Under the pieces are notes generated by a model. That model worked only from the letters and a program-made list of their open reading frames with translations. It was not told where the DNA came from and searched no databases. Positions 1 to 13,835 of a stretch of DNA of 64,000 nt are shown in pieces. The stretch comes from Pecten maximus (Eukaryota): the NCBI RefSeq assembly GCF_902652985.1, contig NC_047015.1, positions 21,080,001 to 21,144,000 of the forward strand, written 5' to 3'. How positions within the stretch are numbered: position 1 is the stretch's first letter; the number at the start of each line of letters is the position of its first letter. The position numbers were made by a program, and so were the translations under genes.

Positions 1-793
1 TCTGATACTAGGGGTAGTGTACCGTATTTCTGAGATTGTTTTCCAGACAATGTTCTTCTACTGTTTATATCACATCCTGATTTGCATTCACGGAATTTAG
101 TAAAACGAAAACGATCATAACATATTGTATACACTTGAAAATAGAATCGCGTGTTTTCCAAAATAAATTTCAATCTCCACTTTAAACATACTTAAAGCCT
201 TATTGATATTGATTTCTATTATTGTTCACACATAAACGTTTTCCTCAAATATTTTATTAAACTAAATAATTTCATATAATGATATCTATGTTTTGATAAC
301 ACAAATATATCGATGAATTTTGTTATTTATCGAAGTCCGCGTCCAAAATAGACCTGTAAAACTGTTAACACTTATCACAGAGTATGTTATGTGTGTACCC
401 ATCAATGTGTCATCAACAAGCTGATATTATTCTTGTTTTCAGATTTTATTGGTCACTCAGACACACATGTAACAACAGGTCACATATATGCAGTAAAGTT
501 TACATAGAACGGAACACAATAGCAGCAACATAAATGCATTCAAATCTGATCTGAACATTTATATTTTTTCAGCAAGCCGAACAACATGAGAGAGAACTTT
601 ACACAGATAAAATTGATATTTCACTTTTGTCAGACTAGGATCTGAACAGTAATAATTTGGACAGTATAATTGTTGAATTCGACATACTGATTCATACAGA
701 TAAAAAACAATTGTGTTCGTCGCCAATACTTACCTTCCATGATGTGGTATACTATCCTATCGTCCAGTTTCTATATTGATGTAGGAAATGTTA

Positions 794-2028
794 CAATTTT
801 TGTTTTATCTCTTCCGGAAGGAGTTATTTCAGAATGAACAACTGAATATTGTTTATCAGAACTGTCAGTATCTATAATCGAATGAAAAAAAATGAATAAA
901 CACGATACGCTTTCTGAAGAGATAATCTTTTTCTTGTCCGAGTGTTTAAGACAAATACTAATAAATGCTACATACGATATATAGAGACTGTAAACGCCAG
1001 CTATCGAACTAAATATGGAGATCATAATACAGAGTAAGATCAGCTTACATGTTGTTGTTTTTTGTTCTTAGTTGTTTTTTTGTTTTGTTGTTTTATTTTC
1101 TTGTTTTTTTTGTTATTTTTTGTTTGTTTTATTTTTATCACTTCAGAATCAAAAATCAATTATGTAGAAATGATACCATATTAACTGATGCTAAGACAAA
1201 CGTTGGTGATAGTTCTAGCTGTTAAAGTCATTTTTAAAGGTTGGCAAACAGATAGTATTTCCTTCCAAACTTCGTGAAAAATACAACTGAATCAATAAAG
1301 ATCATTTCATTTATTACGTTGTGAAAAAAATTGTATATGTACTTATCTTAAAAAGTAAAATTCCCGATAGGAAAAAATAGAGAGTTATTGTAGATACCGA
1401 ATTGTATACGTATAATGGTCGTCTAGCTTCGCATTACTCGATACATAGCGTCCACGACATGTAGGCAAAGCAGCTTAATAATCTAACACAACGTCAACAC
1501 ATTAGGACACAAAATACAGGCCTGTCAAAACAATGTACATTTTATGTATTAACGTGTAAAAGTACATGTCAGTAAGAATGTATCAAACGTGTTAAAATAC
1601 AAGGACATATCCTACAGTTTTTATAGTCTCCAAGGGAATACATAATTTAGTGTCTAACCAGATTGTGCAGTTTCTCAGGAATGCCTTTAAATATTATATA
1701 TAAAAGATCAAAGCCTTGCCCCATAGTTCCGGTGGGATATATCTAAACATGTTATAATTTTGACAATGTGTTGATATTTTCCGTAGAACATAATCATCCC
1801 AGTACAATGTACAGGTGTAAATATAAATAAAAACCAAAGCCTACCCCTATGGCTCATAGTTTCCGAGGAATGTCTCTACGAATATTTAAAATTCAACAGC
1901 CAATCCTATTTGATAATAAATTTAATATATCGTTTCCGTGAAATATAAGCTTTGGATATTAAAAACTGCTCTTATATCTAATACAGTCCTGATAGAATAC
2001 CAGCATGGTTTGAAACGGCTCACAACAT
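794..2028 (+). repeat. Tandem segmental duplication, copy A (~1235 bp, uninterrupted)
   Basis: 794-2028 (CAATTTTTGTTTTATCTCTTCCGG...GGCTCACAACAT) is repeated immediately at 2029-2183 plus 3370-4473, with scattered substitutions and a length-variable T-rich tract. Confidence 0.95.
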
Positions 2029-2183
2029 CAATTTTTGTTTTATCTCTTCCGGAAGGAGTTATTTCAGAATGAACAACTGAACATTGTATATCAGAACTGT
2101 CAGTATCTATAATCGAATGAAAAAAAATGAATAAACACGATACGCTTTCTGTAGAGATAATCTGTTTCTTGTCCGAGTGTTTA

Positions 2184-3369
2184 TTCAATTCAATTCAATT
2201 CAATTTATTTCTCTTTAACCATACATAACAGTACAGAGAAAACATATTTACACAATACAAAAGTTATATACAGTTGTTCAGCCAGTGTATAAAGTATGCA
2301 CACGCAGACTGTATCAATTAGTTTATCAAAACATCTGATATTTAACCATATCGTTACGCATGATACCATTTTATATAATTTCAAATCAACAAAACGAAAA
2401 AGATCAAGTCAAGATGAACATGATGTGTAACATCATGCTATGGAGGACACATTGCTAAAGATAATACTAATGAATTTACAGAGTTTTTTCAATGTATTTA
2501 CGTGGTTTGAGTTCATAAGATCTCTAAATTTTAATATGTTCGGCCTTGTATAATAATATTTATTTAGATATAATTTTCTATGCGCAGCTAATGACTGGCA
2601 TTCTAGCAGATAATGGAATTCATCTCCTATTTGTTGACTATTACAAAAAGTACATATTCTTTCGTGGCGTTCAATATTATTCCACCTTCCAGTTTCAATA
2701 ATCAGTCTATGATTTGTAGTTCTGAACTTACAAAAAGTATTTCTTTCTTTATCTGTAAGAACGTCTAGATAGCATTCAAAACCAAATTTGTTTTTAAAAA
2801 TTCTGTAACAACCAGACTTAGAAGAATTAAATACATCATTATCCCACTGCTGTATAAACTGATCATGGAGTGTTTGTTTTACATATGACTTTATCCAAGA
2901 AGTATCTAATTCCTGGATATACTGGATATTCCACACATAGCTAATACCACATTCATCTAATAATTGTTGTATATAACGTATATAGGGAACATTATTATTA
3001 CGGTATTGGTTTAGACATAACAGTTTATAAGTTATTACATTTAGTTTGTTTTCTTTTGAATTAATCAATTGAGACCAATAGGTCAACATTCTCGTCTTAA
3101 CTGAGATATTCAAAGGATAAGCTCCAAGTTCACCATAAACCATAGACGTTGGTGTACTTCGTTTGACCCCTAATAATAACTTACAAAACTTTAAGTGCGC
3201 TCTCTCAATGACTTGTAGATTTGTAAAACCCCAAATCTCACATCCGTATAACAATATAGGTTTTACAATTTTATCATACAGATCATATATACACTGAACA
3301 GATAGGTTATATAACCTTCCTTTCTTTAAAACATCATACATAGCAATTGTTGCTTTTGACAAATTTTAA
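2184..3369 (-). mobile_element. 5'-truncated non-LTR retrotransposon (LINE, probably RTE-X-like)
   Basis: 6-bp TSD TGTTTA at 2178-2183 and 3370-3375; the empty site GAGTGTTTAAGAC is in copy A near 940-952. The minus-strand 3' end is AATAAA followed by a (TTGAA)4 tail. Contains the ORF2 C-terminus. Confidence 0.93.
2433..3362 (-). pseudogene. C-terminal fragment of LINE ORF2 (post-RT thumb region plus C-terminal Cys/His motif)
   Basis: 309 codons without a stop. Motifs VKPILLYGCEIWG, KFCKLLLGV...VYGELG.YPL and ETGRW...RICTFC...GDEFHYLLEC are typical of invertebrate LINE ORF2 ends. No true start; RT core absent. Confidence 0.88.
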
Positions 3370-5475
3370 TGTTTAAGACAAATACTAAGCAATGCTATAT
3401 ACTGTATATAGAGATTGTAAACGCCAGCTATCGAACTAAATATGGCAATCATCATACAGATTACGATCAGCTTACATGTTGTTGTTTTTTGTTCTTTGTT
3501 GTTTTTTGTTTTGTTATTTTTTGTTTTCTTTTCTTTTCTTTTTTTGTTTTTTTTTGTTGGTATTTTTTGTTTGTTTTATTTTTATCACTTCAGAATCAAA
3601 AATCTATTATGTAGAAATGATACCATATTAACTGATGCTAAGACAAACGTTGGTGATAGTTCTAGCTGTTACGGCCATTTTTAAAGGTTGGCAAACAGAT
3701 AGTATTTCCTTCCAAACTTCGTGAAAATTACAACTGAATCAATAAAGTATCATTTCATTAATTACGTTGTGAAAAAAATTGTATATGTACTTATCTTAAA
3801 AAGTAAAATTCCCGATAGGAAAAAATATAGTTACTGTAGATACCGAATTGTATACGTATAATGGTCGTCTAGCTCTGCTTTACTCGATATATAGCGTCCA
3901 CGACATGTAGGCAAAGCAGCTTAATAATCTAACACAACGTCAACACATTAGGACACAAAATACAGGCCTGTCAAAACAATGTACATTTTATGTATTAACG
4001 TGTAAAAGTAAAGGTCAGTAAGAATGTATCAAACGTGTTAAAATACAAGGACATATCCTACAGTTTTTATAGTCTCCAAGGGAATACATAATTTAGTGTC
4101 TAACCAGATTGTGCAGTTTCTCAGGAATGCCTTTAAATATTATATATAAAAGATCAAAGCCTTGCCCCATAGTTCCTGTGGGATATATTAAACATGTTAT
4201 AATTTTGACAATGTGTTGATATTTTCCGTAGAATATAATCATCCCCGTACAATGTACAGGTGTAAATATAAATAAAAACCAAAGCCTACCCCTATTGCTC
4301 ATAGTTTCCGAGGAATGTCTCTACGAATATTTAAAATTCAACAGCCAATCCTATTTGATAATAAATTTAATATATCGCTTCCGTGAAATATAAGCTTTGG
4401 ATATTAAAAACTGCTCTTATATCTAATACAGTCCTGATAGAATACCAGCATGGTTTGAAACGGCTCACAACATGTATTATTGTACTTTACGTTTACTAAC
4501 ATGTAGCTGCAATATCGAACTCCTTTTCTAATTTATGATATCCCGATGGAGAATACCATGGGAATGGGATAATTAGATAATTAAAATACTTTAACTATAT
4601 AGTCATTCGTATAACTAGCATTTGTGTTAGTGATTTTCGTCAAACAACTACAAGTAACCTTGCCAAGAGTGTTGTCAGATCAGCTATATTAACGGAAGCT
4701 TACAGGGCTATAGACATAAAAACAGGCTTGATAACAACTTCAAATATTTAACGTTATGAAGCATCGTCAACATCGACCGTCATTCGCGTTAACCCTATAA
4801 CGTCTTAAACAACTTTATAAATAGCAACAAAATATAAACATGACCATTTGTATTAAAAGTTATGTTAGAGTGGTTATGTTTACAGATGGTGATAGGTGAT
4901 AGACATAAAAACAAAATTGATAACAATTTCAAATTTTGTTTGAAATATAACATTGTGAAGCAAGATTTCAACATCAATCTTAACATTCACTAGTTTTACC
5001 CCCATTATATCTTGAACTACGTTATCGAAAACACTAAAATATATTTAAAAAAAAACGACAATTTATATTAGAATACTAAACAAAAAGTTCATAAGATATA
5101 CTTTCTCCCTTAACATGTATGTTGCCACTGCCTGATTGTATAATAACCAGCAGTGGGTATGATAAACATGGCTGTTTTATATAATATTTGTTATAGAGGC
5201 CGGAAGCATTCTCATCGGTTGAAAATTAAGTTTCAATGCGTTTTACGTCAAAGTTAAAATGAAATAAAACTGTAATCAGCCATTGTTTTTGCCTTTCTGG
5301 CGAACATATCGACACTGTAATAGGAAGAGATTCACTGGGTCGTCGTAATATTGGTTATTAGGTTTATTTCTCATCAGCTAATCTTACCTTGTAACATTAT
5401 AAAACTTGTAAACCAAAAGCAGTTAAAGTCTGATACTTTATAGTTTAATAACTAGTCATTGTGTGACCTGTAATA

Positions 5476-8400
5476 CTAGTCCTAAACCCTAGTGTCTACT
5501 AGAGATATAACCATAGTCCTAAACCCTAGTGTCTACTAGAGATATAACCATAGTCCTAAACCCTAGTGTCTACTAGAGATATAACCATAGTCCTAAACCC
5601 TAGTGTCTACTAGAGATATAACCTAGTCCTAAACCCTAGTGTCTACTAGAGATATAACCATAGTCCTAAACCCTAGTGTCTACTAGAGATATAACCATAG
5701 TCCTAAACCCTAGTGTCTACTAGAGATATAACCATAGTCCTAAACCCTAGTGTCTACTAGGGATATAACCATAGTCCTAAACCCTAGTGTCTACTAGAGA
5801 TATAAATAACCATAGTCCTAAACACTAGTGTCTACTAGAGATATAACCCTAGTCCTAAACCCTAGTGTCTACTAGAGATATAAATAACCATAGTCCTAAA
5901 CACTAGTGTCTACTAGAGATATAACCCTAGTCCTAAACCCTAGTGTCTACTAGAGATATAAATAACCATAGTCCTAAACCCTAGTGTCTACTAGAGATAT
6001 AACCATAGTCCTAAACCCTAGTGTCTACCAGGGATATAAATAACCATAGTCCTAAACCCTAGTGTCTACTAGAGATATAACCCTAGTCCTAAACCCTAGT
6101 GTCTACTAGAGATATAAATAACCATAGTCCTAAACACTAGTGTCTACTAGAGATATAACCCTAGTCCTAAACCCTAGTGTCTACTAGAGATATAAATAAC
6201 CATAGTCCTAAACCCTAGTGTCTACTAGAGATATAACCATAGTCCTAAACCCTAGTGTCTACGAGGGATATAAATAACCATAGTCCTAAACCCTAGTGTC
6301 TACTAGAGATATAACCATAGTCCTAAACCCTAGTGTCTACTAGAGATATAACCATAGTCCTAAACCCTAGTGTCTACTAGAGATATAAATAACCATAGTC
6401 CTAAACCCTAGTGTCTACTAGAGATATAAATAACCATAGTCCTAAACCCTAGTGTCTACTAGAGATATAACCTTAGTCCTAAACCCTAGTGTCTACTAGA
6501 GATATAACCATAGTCCTAAACCCTAGTGTCTACGAGGGATATAAATAACCATAGTCCTAAACCCTAGTGTCTACTAGAGATATAAATAACCATAGTCCTA
6601 AACCCTAGTGTCTACTAGAGATATAAATAACCATAGTCCTAAACCCTAGTGTCTACTAGAGATATAAATAACCATAGTCCTAAACCCTAGTGTCTACTAG
6701 GGATATAAATAACCATAGTCCTAAACACTAGTGTCTACTAGGGATATAAATAACCATAGTCCTAAACCCTAGTGTCTACTAGAGATATAACCATAGTCCT
6801 AAACCCTAGTGTCTACTAGAGATATAACCATAGTCCTAAACCCTAGTGTCTACTAGAGATATAACCATAGTCCTAAACCCTAGTGTCTACTAGAGATATA
6901 AATAACCATAGTCCTAAACCCTAGTGTCTACTAGAGATATAACCATAGTCCTAAACCCTAGTGTCTACTAGAGATATAACCATAGTCCTAAACCCTAGTG
7001 TCTACTAGAGATATAAATAACCATAGTCCTAAACCCTAGTGTCTACTAGAGATATAAATAACCATAGTCCTCAACCCTAGTGTCTACTAGATATATAAAT
7101 AACCATAGTCCTCAACCCTAGTGTCTACTAGAGATATAAATAACCATAGTCCTAAACCCTAGTGTCTACTAGAGATATAAATAACCATAGTCCTCAACCC
7201 TAGTGTCTACTAGAGATATAAATAACCATAGTCCTAAACCCTAGTGTCTACTAGAGATATAACCATAGTCCTAAACCCTAGTGTCTACTAGAGATATAAC
7301 CATAGTCCTAAACCCTAGTGTCTACTAGAGATATAACCATAGTCCTAAACCCTAGTGTCTACTAGAGATATAACCATAGTCCTAAACCCTAGTGTCTACC
7401 AGGGATATAACCATAGTCCTAAACACTAGTGTCTACTAGAGATATAAATAACCATAGTCCTAAACACTAGTGTCTACTAGAGATATAACCATAGTCCTAA
7501 ACCCTAGTGTCTACTAGAGATATAACCATAGTCCTAAACCCTAGTGTCTACTAGAGATATAAATAACCATAGTCCTAAACCCTAGTGTCTACTAGAGATA
7601 TAACCATAGTCCTAAACACTAGTGTCTACTAGGGATATAAATAACCTGGTCCTAAACCCTAGTGTCTACTAGAGATATAACCATAGTCCTAAACCCTAGT
7701 GTCTACTAGAGATATAACCATAGTCCTAAACCCTAGTGTCTACTAGAGATATAAATAACCATAGTCCTAAACACTAGTGTCTACTAGAGATATAAATAAC
7801 CATAGTCCTAAACCCTAGTGTCTACTAGAGATATAAATAACCTGGTCCTAAACCCTAGTGTCTACTAGAGATATAACCCTAGTCCTAAACCCTAGTGTCT
7901 ACTAGAGATATAAATAACCATAGTCCTAAACCCTAGTGTCTACTAGGGATATAACCATAGTCCTAAACCCTAGTGTCTACTAGGGATATAACCATAGTCC
8001 TAAACCCTAGTGTCTACTAAAGATATAAATAACCTTAGTCCTAAACCCAAGTGTCTACTAGAGATATAACCATAGTCCTAAACCCTAGTGTCTACTAGGG
8101 ATATAACCATAGTCCTTAACCCTAGTGACTACCAGGGATATAAATAACCATAGTCCTAAACACTAGTGTCTACTAGAGATATAACCATAGTCCTAAACCC
8201 TAGTGTCTACTAGGGATATAACCATAGTCCTAAACCCTAGTGTCTACTAAAGATATAAATAACCTTAGTCCTAAACCCTAGTGTCTACTAGAGATATAAC
8301 CATAGTCCTAAACCCTAGTGTCTACTAGAGATATAACCATAGTCCTTACACAAGTGTCTACTAGAGATATAAATAACCATAGTCCTAAACCCTAGTGTCC

Positions 8401-9954
8401 ACTAGAGATACAATTATAGTCCTAAACCCTAGTGCCTACTAGGGATATAACCATAGTCCTAAACCCTAGTGTCTACTAAAGATATAAATAACCTTAGTCC
8501 TAAACCCTAGTGTCCACTAGAGATATAAATAACCTGGTCCTAAACCCTAGTGTCTACTAGAGATATAACCATAGTCCTTACACAAGTGTCTACTAGAGAT
8601 ATAAACAACCATAGTCCTAAACCCTAGTGTCCACTAGAGATACAATCATAGTCCTAAACCCTAGTGCCTACTAGGGATATAAATAACCATAGTCCTAAAC
8701 ACTAGTGTCTACTAGAGATATAAATAACCATAGTCCTAAACACTAGTGTCTACTAGAGATATAACCATAGTCCTAAACCCTAGTGTCTACTAGAGATACA
8801 ACCATAGTCCTAAACCCTAGTGTCCACTAGGGATATAAATAACCATAGTCCTAAACCCTAGTGTCTACTAGAGATATAACCATAGTCCTAAACCCTAGTG
8901 TCTACTTGAGATATAAATAACCATAGTCCTAAACCCTAGTGTCTACTTGAGATATAAATAACCTGGTCCTAAACCCTAGTGTCTACTAGGGATATAACCG
9001 TAGTCCTAAACCCTAGTGTCTACTAGAGATATAAATAACCATAGTCCTAAACCATAGTGTCTACTAGAGATATAAATAACCTGGTCCTAAACCCTAGTGT
9101 CTACTAGGGATATAACCATAGTCCTAAACCCTAGTGTCTACTAGAGATATAAATAGCCATAGTCCTAAACACTAGTGTCTACTAGAGATACAACCCTAGT
9201 CCTAAACACTAGTGTCTACTAGAGATATAACCATAGGCCTAAACCCTAGTGTCTTCTAGAGATATAACCATAGTCCTAAACCCTAGTGTCTACTAGAGAT
9301 ATAAATAACCATAGTCCTAAACCCTAGTGTCTACTAGAGATATAAATAGCCATAGTCCTAAACCCTAGTGTCTACTAGAGATATAACCATAGTCCTAAAC
9401 CCTAGTGTCTACTAGGGATATAAATAACCATAGTCCTAAACCCTAGTGTCTACTAGAGATATAAATAACCTGGTCCTAAACCCTAGTGTCTACTAGAGAT
9501 ATAACCATAGTCCTAAACCCTAGTGTCTACAAGAGATATAACCATAGTCCTAAACCCTAGTGTCTAGTGGAGATATAAACAACCTTAGTCCTAAACCCTA
9601 GTGTCCACTAGAGATATAACCATAGTCCTAAACACTAGTGTCTACTAGAGATACAACCTTAGTCCTAAACCCTAGTGTCTACTAGAGATATAACCTTAGT
9701 CCTAAACCCTAGTGTCTACTAGAGATACAACCATAGTCCTAAACACTAGTGTCTACTAGAGATACAACCTTAGTCCTAAACCCTAGTGTCTACTAGAGAT
9801 ATAACCTTAGTCCTAAACCCTAGTGTCTACTAGAGATATAAATAACCATAGTCCTAAACCCTAGTGTCTACTAGAGATATAACCATAGTCCTAAACCCTA
9901 GTGTCTACTAGAGATATAACCTTAGTCCTAAACCCTAGTGTCTACTAGAAATAT
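5476..9954. repeat. Minisatellite, 37/41-bp unit CCATAGTCCTAAACCCTAGTGTCTACTAGAGATATAA(ATAA), ~115 copies
   Basis: Directly visible head-to-tail array with two length variants differing by ATAA. Confidence 0.98.
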
Positions 9955-11896
9955 CAAACTGCCACAGTCTACAACACTATGGCGGCTTTTCAGTTCCTTT
10001 TCAAGACCTTGGCCATGGTTCAGATCTGTAGAAGGTTCAGACTATGAAAGTCTATTGTAGCTGTTGATACCGTGCGTCATAGCCACTCTGGCCCTGGGTA
10101 TGTGGCGGATCTGCACAAGGGTGGTCCGAACTAATGTGCCGTGTGTCGTTGGGATTCTCTATATTGATGATATTTGGTTTAATGACCGTTTAACATGAAG
10201 AAATTATAATGTCTAAATACAAATGTAAATAGTGTAAGTGAAGAGAGCTCGGTTGGGTGGCGAGAGGCTCGTTAGTGACTTGCTAGTTAGGTGAGGAGGA
10301 CATGGTAGGGGTTAATATTCTCTGTGACAGTCATATGTTTATATACTCTTAGTCTACCTCAATTATCTTATACATGTGACACAATGGTAGGAATGCTGGC
10401 GGAAATCAGTGGCGAATTAATAAAGATTCAATCGTCAATCCTCGAATTTAATTTAAACATCACTTTTGATGAAAAGAATATCTGCCCTGACAGTCGGCTT
10501 ATTATCAACATATCGGCACAAGTTCAATATTTGCCTAAGCTCCACTTGGTTCTTCGCAAGTCCGGGGCTGGTTGGTTCCGACAGATACCAAGTGCTGTAA
10601 TTTCAATAGTATTTTTTCACACCCGAAGGTATTGGTATCCCTCTACATATGTCACGTACAAGTACTACATAGGTACACCCCCTCGCACCTGCTTATCAGT
10701 CTCACTACCCTGACAGGCTCCTCGGAGACCAATGTTTCTGTGAGCATAGTCCATAAAAATATAACGATGACATGGGTCACATATACTGACACATACATTC
10801 CGGAAAGAATTCCCTCATGACTCACTTCAATAGTAAAATTTATGTCAAATATTTTGTTTAATTAAAAACGCTCGGTTATTTTGAGTGCAAAGAACTGATT
10901 GGCAATTTGGATCACGTTCAAATATGACATGACAATGCTTGGTTGTAACGTGTTGCCTTCATTGCATAGGAATTATTTACATTGTAGATTTGATAAATTA
11001 CAACGTTTATACATGGGCTGACAGGATCTGTGGATTCCAACATGCAGTCGGCGAAGTAATAACTGACTATCGTTGTAATGCTTCCTAATGTACATTAAGC
11101 CGAAGAGGCTTATACAAGCGGGTCAGGTTATTTTTGCAAATCCTTGTCATCTGGTATGATATTCCTATAGGATCTGATCAAACAGCGAAAGTAAGATCGT
11201 ACAGACAGCATTACAGCGTCCTAGCCCGACACACTGGCGGTCAGACTGGGCTAGTTTAACTCCTGTCAGGATATTGTACCCCTATATCATTTTGTGGATT
11301 TGAGGATGATTTATGGATAAGTCCGGAGTCCCGGATACTTCGACCACCACAGGATGTGGTTCATTCGTCAGTAGTGCCTTATCACAGACAGCACCACAGG
11401 GAGACGGGAGGGGGTCCTCACACACTGGACCATCAGATTGGAGAGGGTACTACTTCGTAAACATGCTAACATGGCAGACAGGGGTCAAAGTAGACATCGA
11501 AATAACCCTGTTAGACACTTGAGGGGTACAGCACCTCCTGCCAATAACACAGTATTGTCATGAAGTCATGAATTCAAGTAGAACTGGACGCCTTGCAATG
11601 CAATCAATCCAAAAATATCTTCCATCCATTCATACTTGCACTCGATCATGAACAGCGTTATGTGTCAACACGTTGTTTGTGTAGAGATAAGAAATAGGGA
11701 GACCGAGTATCATATAAATATTTAGAATAAGAGTAAATATGAGTAAATATAAGTTCCAAATAGAAAATAAATAGTAATTGTATTTATATTTCAAATCAAA
11801 AAAAGATATCGCCAATTTAAACAATTTAAATCATCACATAATATAGAAATAATTAGCAAGGCGATCAGAAGACTGTATGAAAACTCGTCAAAAACG

Positions 11897-12601
11897 GGAA
11901 CTGAGGACACCAAAAAAACTAAATGGAGGGCAACACCCAAAACTGAGGACACGACAAACAACAGGGAGGACAACACTCGGAACTGAGGACACGACAAACA
12001 ACAGGGAGGGCAACACTCGGAACTGAGGACACGACAAACAACAGGGAGGGAAACACCAGGAACTGAGGATACGACAAACAACAGGAAGGGCAACATCCAG
12101 AGCTGAGGACACGACAAACAACAGGGAGGGCAACACAAGAAACTGCGGACATATCATTCAACAACGAGAGCAACACATGGAACTGAGGACACGACAAACA
12201 ACAGGGAGGGCAACATACGGAACTGAGGACACGACAAACAACAGGGAGGGCAACACCCGGAACTGAGGACACGACAAACAACAGGGAGGACAACACTCGG
12301 AACTGAGGACACGACAAACAACAGGGAGGGAAACACCAGGAACTGAGGATACGACAAACAACAGGAAGGGCAACATCCAGAGCTGAGGACACGACAAACA
12401 ACAGGGAGGGCAACACAAGAAACTGCGGACATATCATTCAACAACGAGAGCAACACATGGAACTGAGGACACGACCAACAACAGGGAGGGCAACATACGG
12501 AACTGAGGACACGACAAACAACAGGGAGGGCAACACCCGGAACTGAGGACACGACAAACAACAGGGAGGGCAACACCTGGAACTGAGGACACAACAAACA
12601 A
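11897..12601. repeat. Minisatellite, 40-bp unit AACTGAGGACACGACAAACAACAGGGAGGGCAACACCCGG, ~17 copies
   Basis: Visible array; block 12061-12180 recurs at 12341-12460 (280 bp = 7 units). Confidence 0.97.
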
Positions 12602-13835
12602 AACGATTGCATGCTGTAACAAATGGTAGTATGATAAAACAAAAGACAAAAATGGGCATCTGCTTCAACTTAATACAAACAGACATCTGTAGTATCCATC
12701 TTACATTTACAGTGTGTTTTGTAATCTTACCTCGTCTTTCAAAACAGAAGAAAAGAAATTCATTTCGTTTAATGATAGATATTTTGATAACTTCTTTGAT
12801 AAGCACACCTATCACAATGAAACACACTCATCACAATGATATAGTTTCTGAAAGTGTATGATATCGGAAAAAAAAGTTTAAAAAAATCCTTTTTCCACAT
12901 GTTTTTTAAACCAAGCATGGCGTTATAATTACATTGTCGTTACGGTGTTACAGGATAGAAAGAGAAGGTAACTAAATGTGACGTAATGGTTGGTATCTGG
13001 TATCGCCTCTCGATTCTCATTTTATACTTGTGTTTCTTCTGTTATTTGCGCCGATCTTGAAAGAGAGTTATTCAAGTTGTTTTCTTTATTTGTTTTATGT
13101 TTTTTATAATGCATGTGTTTAATTTATGATATCAACACAGTATGTTTTAAATATGCTTTGTATCATGTGTTACAAGGTCATCCATTACTTAAAACCAAAA
13201 TGTGTTGTCAGCTTTCAGAGTTTGACGCTGCCGAATTTATATCAACAACATTTCATACACTTACAGAAAAAATGCTTTTGAAATAAAGTGTATAATGCGG
13301 TGCTAAGCATCAAAACGGCATCTACCACTAGAGAAACAGCATTTTTTCCTATTTAAACTACGAGGTAGTAGATTACAAAAAAAAAATCAGAAAATGTAAA
13401 ACGGAGAATGCAGAAGTCTTCTCGTATTCGGTTGAAGCGGATACAGTTAGAAGTATCTTCACTCCTTTGCATCCACTTAATTCGTGTAAACTGTATGTTT
13501 TTTTAATACTGGACCGTGTATATTGGTGTACTGAACAGATCCCGCCATAGATCTCAACGAATCGTACGTTGTCAGAAATACTAAAATTACCAATGCATTC
13601 TTATCGACATGTTGTCAGCAAAAAATCCAAAGATTTATTTTAACAAAACTATTTTTATAATATTTATGTTTCGAACCACAGAACTACAGCATATTAACTA
13701 TCAATTGATATTCGATGTATGATAAAGTGCTAGGAGAGTCGCATAATGATTGAACATTGTCCATCTTGTGTTAGGATCGAATATTTTTGTGAACTGCATT
13801 GGTTTGATTTCGTGTCTTGACCGGATAGTTTTGTA

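Larger units (their letters stand above)
2029..4473 (+). repeat. Tandem segmental duplication, copy B (interrupted by LINE insertion at 2184-3369)
   Basis: Colinear with copy A on both sides of the insert; ends at ...CGGCTCACAACAT 4473. Confidence 0.95.

Noticed and set aside
5476-9954. Interstitial telomere (CCTAAACCCTA)
   Set aside because: Only about two degenerate telomere-like motifs within each 37-bp unit; no (TTAGGG)n run.
11791-12827. Cys-rich metallothionein- or keratin-associated-like ORFs (CCPPCCLSCP)
   Set aside because: Frame-cycling translation of the 40-bp minisatellite.
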